A stretch of 64,000 nucleotides of DNA from NCBI GenBank assembly GCA_963722075.1, contig CAVRJM010000001.1:1344001-1408000 (forward strand). Reading direction: 5' to 3'. Positions 1 to 10,253 of the stretch are shown here, in pieces. Numbering within the stretch: position 1 is the first letter of the stretch; each line of letters begins with the position of its first letter. The notes beneath the pieces were generated by a model. That model ran no database searches. It was not told the DNA's origin and saw only the letters and a program-made list of their open reading frames with translations. This stretch comes from Candidatus Babeliales bacterium (GTDB lineage Bacteria; Babelota; Babeliae; Babelales; JANWKD01). The translations under genes and the position numbers were made by a program.

Positions 1-28
1 TAAAAATAAAGAACACAGAAAAATACTA

Positions 29-1411
29 TTATCTAAAGGGTGCCTGTGCAATAAAATCTATATATCGATACGCACTATTTCGTAACGTACGTGTATAGGT
101 TTTAAAATCAACTTCAAAAAGACCAAATTTCTTACCATAACCCATGTCCCATTCAAAATTGTCCATGAGGCTCCAATAATAATATCCTTTAACATTATAA
201 TGCTCATCAATTGCTTGTTGTACTGCGCCTAAATACTCAATAAAAAATTGTTCACGCAAGGTATCATCATGATCAGCAATACCATTTTCGCTAATAAAGA
301 TAGGAAGTCCGGCTTTAGAAACAACTACAATTGCATCATATAATCCTTTGCCATGCAGTGGATATGGCATATTGGTCATTGTTTCATGATCATGGCATGA
401 TGGTACCACGTTAAATGGATTTGTAAGGGTTGGCTCATGTTTGATAATCACATGCGAATAATAATTCAACCCAAAAAAATCGAATGGTTTTTTACCGCCG
501 GGGGCTTTATAGGTAAAAAATGAAGGGGCTAGTTGATCAATCCCTTTTGGTAGGAATGCTGAAACTAATTGAGGAGCCCAGGGTTTAATTTCAAATGTTC
601 CCGTTGTGCAAAATTCGATAACCGTTTCATTCAATAAATAATTAAAGAGATAGCCGGGAAAACGCTCTAAAATATTCCAGGCATTATACGGTTCAAACAT
701 TAAATATGAGTGCGCAATACCAATGTGTGTTTCTTTAGTACCCGCCATTTTTTTGAGGGCATAATACACATGGGTATGTGCTTTCATTAAATTTCTTAAT
801 ACTTTCAAACCTAATAGGGGGTTAATGTTACCCGGCGGATAGGCGCCTCTGAAATAGGCTTGCAATAATAAAACCGTTGGCTCATTGATGGTGCACCACA
901 GAGATACTTGGTCGCCAATCGTTTCGTATACTTTTTTACTGAAACGAACGAAATACGGAATGTTTTCTTCTTTTTCAAATCCGCCCTTATCTTCAAACCA
1001 TTGAGGCACCGTGAAATGATACAAAGTTACAAATACTTCAATTCCATTATCAATAAAGGCTTGAATGTAGTTGCGATAATAGGCAAGTGCTTCTTGATTA
1101 AAAACACCCTCGTGAGGCTCTATAATACTCCATTCAATTGAAAGACGTACATGCTTAAGGCCTAATTGCTTGATAAGCTGAATATCTTCTTGATAACGGT
1201 TCCAATGATCGCAGGCAAATCCTGATTGTTCATTATTTTCGATGGAACCATCTTTTTTTTCCCATCGCGCCCAATTACTATTTGGAAATTGATTTGCGCC
1301 ACAATTTTGATAGGCCGAAAGGGATATTCCCCATTTAAAATCAGTGGGAAAAGGTAATGAGAAAATGCTATTAAAAGCAACTAGCGATAAAAAAAATAAT
1401 TGTTTAAACAC
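29..1411 (-). CDS. Glycoside hydrolase family 1 (beta-glucosidase-like), with N-terminal signal peptide
   Basis: GH1 motifs FKWGISLSAYQ, ACDHWNRYQEDI, TINEP (acid/base), ISENG (nucleophile), WSLMDNFEW. Confidence 0.93.
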   Translation of the reverse strand: MFKQLFFLSLVAFNSIFSLPFPTDFKWGISLSAYQNCGANQFPNSNWARWEKKDGSIENNEQSGFACDHWNRYQEDIQLIKQLGLKHVRLSIEWSIIEPHEGVFNQEALAYYRNYIQAFIDNGIEVFVTLYHFTVPQWFEDKGGFEKEENIPYFVRFSKKVYETIGDQVSLWCTINEPTVLLLQAYFRGAYPPGNINPLLGLKVLRNLMKAHTHVYYALKKMAGTKETHIGIAHSYLMFEPYNAWNILERFPGYLFNYLLNETVIEFCTTGTFEIKPWAPQLVSAFLPKGIDQLAPSFFTYKAPGGKKPFDFFGLNYYSHVIIKHEPTLTNPFNVVPSCHDHETMTNMPYPLHGKGLYDAIVVVSKAGLPIFISENGIADHDDTLREQFFIEYLGAVQQAIDEHYNVKGYYYWSLMDNFEWDMGYGKKFGLFEVDFKTYTRTLRNSAYRYIDFIAQAPFR

Positions 1412-1598
1412 AATAACTCCATAAATACAATAATATTATTATTTTTAAGAATACATGAATGATTTATAATGTAAATTTATTTATTTCTTTATTTTCAAAT
1501 TGTATATTTAAATAAAATATTGTATTTGATAAGCATTTTTTTTACGGTAGCTTAGAGGATTGATGAGGTAGTGCATAGTTTATGGTGAGTGTAATGGT

Positions 1599-1887
1599 AT
1601 GAATATAAAAAAGAAAAAGAAGAAATATTGGGTGAAGAAGGTGCAAGAAACGTCTTTTGCGATGGATTTGCCCGAGGGAATTTTTACGTGGCCGGCACAT
1701 GAGATAGCCGTCGGATTAAAAAAGGCGGTTTTGGCAAGTAATCGAACAAAAGGAACCAAATTCCAATCAGCTATGTCGATGCTTAATTATTATATTAATC
1801 GAGCGGGTAAAAAGTTACCGGCTTGTAGATAAAAAAAGATTGGAGCAAGCAAAGATAGAATTACGAAAAATTTTTAATAAAATATAA
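1599..1887 (+). pseudogene. DUF3175-family protein with frameshift near 3' end
   Basis: Motifs AMDLPEGIFT and FQSAMSMLNYYINRAGK. ORF stops at 1832, but the family-like tail DKKRLEQAKIELRKIFNKI* continues in a shifted frame to 1887. Confidence 0.7.
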
Positions 1888-2011
1888 AGTTTTAACATTA
1901 TTGACTTTTACTACTGGCGTTTCTAATGTGTAAGTAACATTTTAACATGAGTTTGATATAAACTTTATCCTCCCCGAATCAAATTCATGTGTTTTTAAAA
2001 AAGGAGAAGCA

Positions 2012-2389
2012 ATGAAACGTCTATTTTTTTTAGTATCTGTTATCGTATTATCATATTCATCGTTATTTAGCGCATCACGGACTCTCTATAAAAACGGACA
2101 ACCCGTTACTGATGTACAGGAAATAAAAAGAGCGGTTAGTGAATTTAAAGAACGCGATTATTTTATAGTTAGTAACGTTGTTGGCATGGTGGTTAATTTA
2201 ATAAAGTTATTACAGGCTGATAATTATCCTGAAGAAAAACAATGTTCTTATAATTTTTTAAATGGTGTTATTAATTTAGTCAACTCTATTACCCGTTCAG
2301 TATTGACACCTGATCAAAAGGAAGAGCTTGTTCATGAAATTATAATGATATGTAGAAATGCTGCACATCATGCCCCAAAATATCAATAG
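2012..2389 (+). CDS. Hypothetical secreted protein
   Basis: AGGAGA RBS, signal-peptide-like N-terminus. Confidence 0.75.
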   Translation: MKRLFFLVSVIVLSYSSLFSASRTLYKNGQPVTDVQEIKRAVSEFKERDYFIVSNVVGMVVNLIKLLQADNYPEEKQCSYNFLNGVINLVNSITRSVLTPDQKEELVHEIIMICRNAAHHAPKYQ

Positions 2390-2407
2390 CGTTTGTGTTA
2401 CATTGGC

Positions 2408-4528
2408 ATGAACCGTGTTTATATTTTTTTTGTATGCGTATTATTTATAATACCCCTGAATGCACAAAAATTGTTGCTCATTGATACTGGGTTTAATGAC
2501 CCTTATCATTACCATAATTTTTCCTTGTTGGCACGATCAGTGGGATTTGATCCGGCTATTGTTCCTTTTTATGAAGTTACCCCGACACTTATCAATCAAA
2601 GCAATTGCATAATACTTGTAATTGATGAAAATGCGGCACATAATTTTTTTCTTCATACTGATGCTGATCTGCTTGTTCAAAAAATGAAGAATATCTTTGA
2701 ACTATTAAAGCAACAGGAAAGTAAGCTTGTATGTTTATGGTTTCCTTCAAAAATGGGAGAGTCAATTAAAGAAACGATCGATCATGCATTAGCGATTACT
2801 AAAGCTGCATGCGCAATTCCTCATTCCTTACAGGGGCAGCTGCCTGCATTTTTTAAATTTCTATTTCAACCTGATTATAAAAGAAGTAGTGAATATCATA
2901 CCAGTTTATTAACTAAACATGATCACACCAAGAAAAAGATGGTGCTTCCCTATAAACCCCATATGGTAGTACGAAGGTGTTCAAACGATATCATTAGTAC
3001 CACCTTACCACTAGGAGCATTTCCGTTAGGCTGGTATGGAGCACATCCGCATCTCAATATGCAGTTTTTTATTACTAAAACGAGTTTAATGACCTTTGCC
3101 GAAATAACGGAGCAGTTTACCTATAATCCATTTGATTTTGCAACGCGTCTTAAAAAATTAAATGAACTTCAACAGCTTTTAGACGAATTATATAATGCAT
3201 TGCTTTTAGGAAAAATATCAACTGGTACCCATTTACAAAAACCGCCGTTACCAGCGATATTTAATGAACAGCAGGTAATCAATGAAAAAAACAATGCTCA
3301 GGCATTACGTGCTTATGAGATTAAACATTCGCTTTATGATTGGATTGATAAACAAAAAATATGGGCAGGTCTTATCACCCTTGATGCATACAAGAATAAA
3401 GAGCAAGAAGCTGCAGATACCTTATTATCATCGGGACTTAATCTGTTATGGGTTGAATTATGTCCTGAATTATATTTAAGTAAAAATGGGGTTAAAAAGG
3501 ATCAAAAAGATATTTTTTGGCAGCAACTGGCACAATTTACCAATGCATTATATGAAAGAGCGCTTATGCGTAATCAGCGGCCGCCATTTTTATATGTTGG
3601 GTTTGAGCTTACCGGTAACTTTAATGAAACAATAAAGAACCCAGTGGTAGATTCTTATGGAAAAGTATACACAAAAATACCATCTCCCTTTGATTTTGAG
3701 CAGGTATGGAATAAAGAATTGCTGGAGCCGTTAGATATACTGGTACGCGATTGGTCAAAATATAATAACGTGCCAATTTCGGGTATTTTTCTAGATTTTG
3801 AAATGTATCATGCTAAAAACCAAGCAAGTCAATATAATGCGGATATGGATTTTTCTGATTGTGCATGGACATTATATTGTAAGGTTACTAAACAACGGCA
3901 TGCTGCACTCTTAAAAGCACATGATGCACGTATTTCTTTTTTAATGAAACAAAACAAATGGAAAGAATATTTTTCTGTTTTAGAAAATGAAGCTTACTTG
4001 CTAGGCAAAAAAATCAAAGAGCATATAAAGAAAATAGTACCGCAGGCGCTTATTGCAATATACAATATTTATCCTCCTTATAACTGGTTTTATAATGGAA
4101 TGATTGGTGGATTAAGTAGCCCGCAAGAACCGGCTCTATTAGCTACATTTAATAATGATTTTTATTCTCATAATCGGATGTTTCGTGCTCATAAGATTTA
4201 TGCCTATCATATGCCCGTATTTTTGTTATCTAAATTTAAAGAACCAGCTGATTTTGAACTTATTAATACGGTAGGGATGCCATTTCATGATGGCGTATGG
4301 TTTAATCGAATCTCTCGCCTACAAGAATCACGAAACCCAAAAGATTGGTCATGGGATTTTGGCGTTGAAGTTACGCCATTATCTACTTCTGTTTTTACTA
4401 AACAGCTGGCAAAACATATGAGCACTATACAAGAGCACGCAGCACCGCATACTAAAAATAATACGCAACCGATAATCCCGCTAAATAACTGCTGGGCGTT
4501 TGAGGAACACGCGAATAGAAAGAAATAG
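2408..4528 (+). CDS. Large hypothetical secreted protein (C-terminal half possibly glycoside-hydrolase-like TIM barrel)
   Basis: About 706-aa ORF with signal peptide from ATG 2408; GIFLDFEMY-type strand. Function uncertain. Confidence 0.65.
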   Translation: MNRVYIFFVCVLFIIPLNAQKLLLIDTGFNDPYHYHNFSLLARSVGFDPAIVPFYEVTPTLINQSNCIILVIDENAAHNFFLHTDADLLVQKMKNIFELLKQQESKLVCLWFPSKMGESIKETIDHALAITKAACAIPHSLQGQLPAFFKFLFQPDYKRSSEYHTSLLTKHDHTKKKMVLPYKPHMVVRRCSNDIISTTLPLGAFPLGWYGAHPHLNMQFFITKTSLMTFAEITEQFTYNPFDFATRLKKLNELQQLLDELYNALLLGKISTGTHLQKPPLPAIFNEQQVINEKNNAQALRAYEIKHSLYDWIDKQKIWAGLITLDAYKNKEQEAADTLLSSGLNLLWVELCPELYLSKNGVKKDQKDIFWQQLAQFTNALYERALMRNQRPPFLYVGFELTGNFNETIKNPVVDSYGKVYTKIPSPFDFEQVWNKELLEPLDILVRDWSKYNNVPISGIFLDFEMYHAKNQASQYNADMDFSDCAWTLYCKVTKQRHAALLKAHDARISFLMKQNKWKEYFSVLENEAYLLGKKIKEHIKKIVPQALIAIYNIYPPYNWFYNGMIGGLSSPQEPALLATFNNDFYSHNRMFRAHKIYAYHMPVFLLSKFKEPADFELINTVGMPFHDGVWFNRISRLQESRNPKDWSWDFGVEVTPLSTSVFTKQLAKHMSTIQEHAAPHTKNNTQPIIPLNNCWAFEEHANRKK

Positions 4529-5270
4529 TGCCTAATATACCAGCATGAAAATAAAAATTTTTATAGAAATAACGTACCGTTGGTCCGATATACGCAGCGT
4601 GTCCGCCAGTGGTTGGGTCAATAACACCGTTGACGCGATCTGCTTGTTGATAAAGGCCAAAAAATTCCAATAAAATGGTTAGATAATGATCATGATGGCA
4701 AAAAGTTCTACCGCCTCCCCAATCATATAAAATAAAGCTGCCTGTTTTACGCTCTTCATGTTTACCTACGCCAATGAACCATAAATCAGAAAAATAAAAC
4801 CAATTTAGCGTCATCATATCTTGCATAATACCTACAAAACCGTTAAATGCTTTTAAGCTAAATAAGGTAACTTGGCTAATGGTAGTAGTTGGAAAACCAA
4901 AACCGCTGGTTACAATAAATCTATATTGAAAATCATCATAGCGTTTAAAATACAGGCGATAATTAAACTGCATGGTAAAGTCACCAAGTCCAGTAGATGG
5001 TTCTCCTTCTACGACTGATTTTTTACTTACAACCGCTAAATTAGGTAATATAGTCAGATTTTCGGTGACCCCATAGATCATATAATTAAGCAGAAAATAA
5101 TTGGGTTGTACGGTATTTTCAAAAAAAAATACTTCTTCCAATTTAAAGGTGTTTTTATCTATAACGCTATGTAAAGGACCAAAAAGAGAATTTATCGTAT
5201 ATCTTAATAATGGACAATCGGCATTAATGGATGAGATACTCAGTAGTAAAAGAAGTAACAGATGCATCAT
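4452..5270 (-). CDS. Putative outer-membrane beta-barrel 'transporter' (MetA-pathway/phenol-degradation-like), paralog 1
   Basis: Signal peptide, TGLGDF, GFGFPT, DPTTGG-x-x-x-x-IGP-x-x-R, C-terminal aromatic residue (YYF). Confidence 0.65.
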   Translation of the reverse strand: MMHLLLLLLLSISSINADCPLLRYTINSLFGPLHSVIDKNTFKLEEVFFFENTVQPNYFLLNYMIYGVTENLTILPNLAVVSKKSVVEGEPSTGLGDFTMQFNYRLYFKRYDDFQYRFIVTSGFGFPTTTISQVTLFSLKAFNGFVGIMQDMMTLNWFYFSDLWFIGVGKHEERKTGSFILYDWGGGRTFCHHDHYLTILLEFFGLYQQADRVNGVIDPTTGGHAAYIGPTVRYFYKNFYFHAGILGTISFYSRVPQTPSSYLAGLSVAYYF

Positions 5271-5290
5271 TTCTCGTCTCTTTTTTTGAT

Positions 5291-5510
5291 TAGTTATTAT
5301 TGAGTTTTATATCATTATTTAATTAAAGATTAAAGTTTTGTTTTGGAGAACCTTGCTCAATTGATCAGAATTTACAAATGTTCGTCATCACGAGCTTTCC
5401 GTCGTCGCTTTTTACTTTGATAATATCAATTTATCCTTCTTTATAAGCTATGCCGGACAAGGCGTGGGGACTGCGTCCGCCGAAGTTTTAACGAAGGCTG
5501 GATCCATTAA
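5291..5510. repeat. Composite REP-like element plus flank homologous to one arm of the 33.4 kb element
   Basis: 5383-5510 is the reverse complement of 26663-26757 with an AT-rich insert; 5291-5382 aligns by eye with the reverse complement of 33764-33859. Confidence 0.75.
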
Positions 5511-5527
5511 TAAAATTCATTACCTTA

Positions 5528-6376
5528 CTAAAAAGTATATGCTATAAGTCCACCAATAAAATATTTAATATCCTCAGCAGTTTCTTCTCGTACAAAACGT
5601 GAAACGATATATTGAATGCCGCCTTGAATTAAAAAGGATTTAGTTTCAAGGCGAAGCGTTGGTCCTGCCAAAAGAAGGTTTGAGCCGGTAGTAAGATCCA
5701 ATGAGCCATTAACCCTATCGGGCAATGAAAAAAAATCACTCATTTCTAAAAAACAAGTGAAATAATGATTGCTTTTAAAACAAAATATATGGCCAACCCC
5801 AATATCAAACAAGAGTAAATTGCCAAATTTTATATGATTTTTTTTTGTATTAATAATGCTGCCAAAATCAGTATAAATATACCATCCGTCAATTGACATG
5901 GCATCTTGAACGATGCCTAAGAAAAAATTAGTTCTGTTAAAGCTATAAAAAGTTCGTATTGCAACCGTTGAGGTGGGAAAATGTATCCCTGCTATTCCAA
6001 TAATTCTATAACGATGATTATTTGTTTCGTTTTTATAAAGTAAGTAGTCAAAATCTAAAAAAATATCAGCAAGACCGGTTTTTGGTCCAGGAAATTTGGT
6101 TGAAGTTTGACTATATACAGGGATAGTAAGAATTCCGGTAAGTTTTTCAGTAATACCATAATAGGCAAGTGTGCCGACAAAAGTTCCTGAATGTGGCTTT
6201 TGGTTAATAAAAAAAAATTCTTCACCTATACCAAATTCATATTTTGGTAAAATGGTATGGCCGAAGCTAAATAACGGTCCAATTCCCTCGGGTGCCAGAT
6301 GCGTACAATTCCAACCTAGCATGTTATGAAAGATTGAAAGAAAAATAAATAAAATAAATGTTTTGTTTTTGTACAT
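5528..6376 (-). CDS. Putative outer-membrane beta-barrel, paralog 2
   Basis: GPLFSFG, YYGITE, TGLADI, FPT, TTGSNLLLAGPTLR, C-terminal YTF; likely start ATG 6376. Confidence 0.65.
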   Translation of the reverse strand: MYKNKTFILFIFLSIFHNMLGWNCTHLAPEGIGPLFSFGHTILPKYEFGIGEEFFFINQKPHSGTFVGTLAYYGITEKLTGILTIPVYSQTSTKFPGPKTGLADIFLDFDYLLYKNETNNHRYRIIGIAGIHFPTSTVAIRTFYSFNRTNFFLGIVQDAMSIDGWYIYTDFGSIINTKKNHIKFGNLLLFDIGVGHIFCFKSNHYFTCFLEMSDFFSLPDRVNGSLDLTTGSNLLLAGPTLRLETKSFLIQGGIQYIVSRFVREETAEDIKYFIGGLIAYTF

Positions 6377-6468
6377 GCTTTGCAATATTGCTACTGAATG
6401 GTTTAATTGTTTTTTATGGTACTGCAATAGGTAATATAATACAAGTAGGAGAACATATTATTTATTGG

Positions 6469-6500
6469 CTGGGTCCTTACGTTCCGTCTCCATTGAACTC
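6469..6500 (-). repeat. Degenerate fragment of composite REP
   Basis: Reverse complement gagttcaatggagacggaacgtaaggacccag resembles 56737-56769 gagttttaacggagacggaacgtggggatctag. Confidence 0.55.
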
Positions 6501-6516
6501 GTTGCATCAATTTATT

Positions 6517-7692
6517 TCATAATGCCGTAATATGAAAGAGCTGGGTGAATTTATCTAAAATAGTAGTCCGTTTTTGAATCCAAGATGGTAAAATTCGTTG
6601 TGCATATTCAATAAAATCATTTAATCCAATGCCCAGTTGATAGTTGCTTACCTGATCATAAATTTTTTCAGGGAAAGCAATGCCAATACCAAATAAATGA
6701 GGGGCAATAATTCCTGAAGAACCATCATAATGATCATATAAGGTGTAATCACCATTGATAGGTGGTAATTGATTTCGCTCAAAGCCAATAGCGTAAATTA
6801 TTTTATTACAAATGGGGAGCCATGCATCTAATGCTGCTGGATTATTGAAAAGACGTATGAGATGTGCGGGGGGATTTTTTTCTAATACATTCATTGCCCA
6901 ACGCGCTGTTTCTCCTTTTAATCCCGCTTCACTTTCAATAATAATCCCGCTCGGGTTTTCAATAGCATATTGAATTGGTTTATTGTAAAAATTAATAATT
7001 CTTTTTACCGAAAGCTCTGAAAGATATTTTAAAATTAAAATTGCTGAATGAGCGCTGCCAATCACTGCTATTGAATCGGTGGCGCATACTTGTGCTTCTA
7101 ACACTGTTTTATCAAGCGCCATATCAAGAGGAATTTGTGTTGCATTGGCGGTATATTGAAGGGTTTTAGGATGAGAACCAGTAGCGAGCACTACATTGTG
7201 TGCAAAAACCAGATCATTTTCGATTCCTATTTGCCAGACATCATTATTAAAATCGAGTGAAACAAGATTACTTTGAATGGAAATGACTTGTGCGCGCAAG
7301 TAGTTGGTAATATCTTGGAGCGGATCAACTATAATTTTAAGCTGATATTCCTTCTCAGGATCATGAGCATATAATTGTGCAATAGAAGGCGTTTGTATTT
7401 GTTGAAATGTTTTACAGCATTGGAGAAATTCTACAAAATATTTGGTTTGAGTATTACTGGGGACATTGGGGTAATATTCGCCTAATCTTCCCACTTTAAA
7501 TTGAGGGTCAATCCAAATAATAGTATCAGCAGGAACTCCTAAATCAAGTAATAGACCGACCGTGCTAATACCTGCACAGCCAGCGCCAATGACAGCCCAG
7601 CCAGCGTATTGAGGTTTTATGTTTTCTTGGGTGTAAAGTTGACATCCGGTTACTAAGATAAGAAATAGTGTGCCAATAAAGAAACGATTCAT
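6517..7692 (-). CDS. FAD/NAD(P)-dependent oxidoreductase
   Basis: Rossmann VIGAGCAG, VLATG, second motif VIGSAHSA, YAIGF. Confidence 0.8.
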   Translation of the reverse strand: MNRFFIGTLFLILVTGCQLYTQENIKPQYAGWAVIGAGCAGISTVGLLLDLGVPADTIIWIDPQFKVGRLGEYYPNVPSNTQTKYFVEFLQCCKTFQQIQTPSIAQLYAHDPEKEYQLKIIVDPLQDITNYLRAQVISIQSNLVSLDFNNDVWQIGIENDLVFAHNVVLATGSHPKTLQYTANATQIPLDMALDKTVLEAQVCATDSIAVIGSAHSAILILKYLSELSVKRIINFYNKPIQYAIENPSGIIIESEAGLKGETARWAMNVLEKNPPAHLIRLFNNPAALDAWLPICNKIIYAIGFERNQLPPINGDYTLYDHYDGSSGIIAPHLFGIGIAFPEKIYDQVSNYQLGIGLNDFIEYAQRILPSWIQKRTTILDKFTQLFHITAL

Positions 7693-7784
7693 ATTTTTCC
7701 CCTACATGAAAAAAACTTTTATTAATCTTTATTGAGTTTATAAAAATTTGATTTGTTATTTCAACCTCAGGAGATATAGTGGCG

Positions 7785-8633
7785 TCAAAATCGCATAGCT
7801 GCGGCAAAAGCGGAGCGGAAATTGGTAGGATCTAGCTGAGGACGTTTATTATGTTTAACCCATGGGTATTGTATGCCAAGTTGCAAAATAAAATGATCGC
7901 GTGAACAACGAAGAGAGGGCCCAATAAAAATAGTATTACCACCAGTTGTATAATCGGTGACACCAGCTACTTTTTGTGATTTTTGGTACTGACCACTTAT
8001 TTCCAGATCAGCTCCTAAGTAAAAATCATCACGCATAATAATGCGATGGGCAAAACCGGTTTGGTAATAAAAAAGAAAGCCAAAATTATTGCCATGTTTG
8101 CTGGTAGGAATAAAAATGCCAAAAAACATATATTGAAATATATTTCGCGTAGCGATACTTTCAGTAACGCCGGCAAAGTAGTTCATTGATTTGGTTGTTT
8201 GTAATGAAATAATCTGTGAAGTGTTGGTCGGAAAAATGAGTCCGCCAATGAGCGTAGTTCTAAATCGAAATTCATCGGGAATATGGTACATATAAGGGAT
8301 ACCTTCAAGTTCTATACGTGTATTGGCAAGCCCACGACCATTTACTCCCGTTTGAAAGTTTTTTGCAATTATTGGCTGCTTTAAAACAAAAGTTAGATAA
8401 TCGGTTATACCATAATAAAAATGGTTATGGATTAAAAGAATTGAATGAAAATCAGTTTCGGTATAGGCATAAATTTGCCGATACACAAAACCGTTTTTTT
8501 GTTGAACATTTTGCCCAAAAGAAAAAAGAGGACCCGGTCCGGAAGCATATGGTAAATGGTCAGGACCAATAAGACCAAAAATAGTAGGGATAAAAACTAA
8601 ACTTAACAGAAAAAAAAATTTAATATGATTCAT
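7785..8633 (-). CDS. Putative outer-membrane beta-barrel, paralog 3
   Basis: GPLFSFG, YYGITD, GLAN, FPT, TTGGNTIFIGPSLR, C-terminal F. Confidence 0.65.
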   Translation of the reverse strand: MNHIKFFFLLSLVFIPTIFGLIGPDHLPYASGPGPLFSFGQNVQQKNGFVYRQIYAYTETDFHSILLIHNHFYYGITDYLTFVLKQPIIAKNFQTGVNGRGLANTRIELEGIPYMYHIPDEFRFRTTLIGGLIFPTNTSQIISLQTTKSMNYFAGVTESIATRNIFQYMFFGIFIPTSKHGNNFGFLFYYQTGFAHRIIMRDDFYLGADLEISGQYQKSQKVAGVTDYTTGGNTIFIGPSLRCSRDHFILQLGIQYPWVKHNKRPQLDPTNFRSAFAAAMRF

Positions 8634-8753
8634 TACAGAGCTCAATTTTTAAGTATTATAGAGATTTGTGCTTAGTTATAACATGTCTTTGATACGCAGT
8701 CTACAAGGCAGATAAAGAAAAAAAAGATTCAAAAACGCATTAAAAGGAAAGAT

Positions 8754-9419
8754 ATGAAGAATAATCTATTTTTTTACATCACTCTCTATAGAAATCTATT
8801 AAAAAGCTCATTTCAAATGATGCGTGGCATTTGGAAGATTGGTCATTTACCCGGTCCTGTAGTAACTATTTTTGGCGGTTCTCGTTTACAAATGAAAAGT
8901 CCTTATGCGGCTGAAGCACACGAACTTGCAGGACTTTTAATCCAACACAACATTTCTATTATTACCGGCGGCGGTCCAGGCATTATGGAGGCGGCGAATT
9001 GTGGCGCAACACATGCTGAAACAAAAAAAACCACCGCGCGGTCAATAGGTATTACCGTGAAGGGTTTAGAACAAGAAATGTTTAATATGTGTGCACAAGA
9101 AAAAATGCTGGTTGATTATTTTTTTGTACGTAAATGGCTGATGATTCAATATGCTGATGCATTTGTTTTTTTTCCGGGCGGATTTGGCACCTTAGATGAA
9201 TTTGGCGAAGCGATAACCCTTATTCAAACGAAAAAAATTGCTGGGGTGCCCATTATTTTATTTGGTAAAGATTTTTGGGATCCGTTCGTGCACTGGTTAA
9301 GAAACTCGCTTTTGCCGCAAGGGCTTATTTTAAAGGAAGATTTAGAAAATATTAAAGTCACGGATGATATTGATGAGGCATTTGAATTACTTAAAGTGCA
9401 TTGCCAAGCATGTCGCTAA
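8754..9419 (+). CDS. LOG family (TIGR00730) nucleotide phosphoribohydrolase
   Basis: TIFGGSR, TGGGPGIMEAAN, PGGFGTLDE. Confidence 0.92.
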   Translation: MKNNLFFYITLYRNLLKSSFQMMRGIWKIGHLPGPVVTIFGGSRLQMKSPYAAEAHELAGLLIQHNISIITGGGPGIMEAANCGATHAETKKTTARSIGITVKGLEQEMFNMCAQEKMLVDYFFVRKWLMIQYADAFVFFPGGFGTLDEFGEAITLIQTKKIAGVPIILFGKDFWDPFVHWLRNSLLPQGLILKEDLENIKVTDDIDEAFELLKVHCQACR

Positions 9420-10048
9420 CTAATAACATTCAATTTAGTAAGTTGTTGTAATAATTGTCGTGTTGATTTAAAAACAATGCTGGTGATGCCGTGCTGTTGA
9501 GCGGCAATTACATTTTTTGGCTTATCGTCGATAAAAATCATCTGATGTGGGTTGATATTATATTTTTGTAAAAACAATCGATAGGCATCTTCATGAGGCT
9601 TTGCCAGCCAATCATTAGAAGATTCAACATAATGAATGCCATCAAAATGGTTAAAAAAATGCTGATAAGAGCCATACAGTTTTTGATAGGTTAATGATCC
9701 TATATTTGAAAAAATGTATATTTTATAGCCTTTTACCTTTAGTAGATTAATTAAAAGAAACATTTCCTTCATGGGTAATAGTACATTGGTAAGATCTATA
9801 ATTGTTTCCAGATAGGGAATAAGGCGCGTATGTTTTTGGCTTAATTTTATTAAATATGCTTCGCTCACACGGGTTACTAGCAGCATTTTAAGAGCATCAA
9901 TAATAAATGAAGGGGTTAATAACAGCGCAATAAATTTACCCTTATTATCCATATAGGCTAATGCTTTAATCACCTGCCAATAATTACGCTCAAATAAGAC
10001 ATCATGCAGATCAAAAACAATAATGTTTCTTTCTTCTGATTTCATCAA
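9416..10048 (-). CDS. HAD-superfamily hydrolase
   Basis: IVFDLHDVL, FSN, KP, IFIDD. Confidence 0.88.
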   Translation of the reverse strand: MMKSEERNIIVFDLHDVLFERNYWQVIKALAYMDNKGKFIALLLTPSFIIDALKMLLVTRVSEAYLIKLSQKHTRLIPYLETIIDLTNVLLPMKEMFLLINLLKVKGYKIYIFSNIGSLTYQKLYGSYQHFFNHFDGIHYVESSNDWLAKPHEDAYRLFLQKYNINPHQMIFIDDKPKNVIAAQQHGITSIVFKSTRQLLQQLTKLNVIS

Positions 10049-10186
10049 AAAAGTACCTTTTTAAAAAAGCCGTTTTATAAGGCTTATTTACCTGTAATAT
10101 GGGCATCCCAGTTATTAGCATAGGTAAAAATACCATAATAAAGGAAGATTTTACCTTCAAATCGTCCCCTTATATCTGTTGTTTAT

Positions 10187-10214
10187 TTGACAATTTGAAA
10201 ATAATATATAAAAT
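10187..10214 (+). promoter_or_regulatory. Candidate sigma70 promoter of the Skp1/WD40 cluster
   Basis: TTGACA-16 nt-TAAAAT; the AT-rich background lowers specificity. Confidence 0.35.
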
Positions 10215-10253
10215 ATCTTATATAGATCTAGTATATTTCAAATAAGGAAAAGT

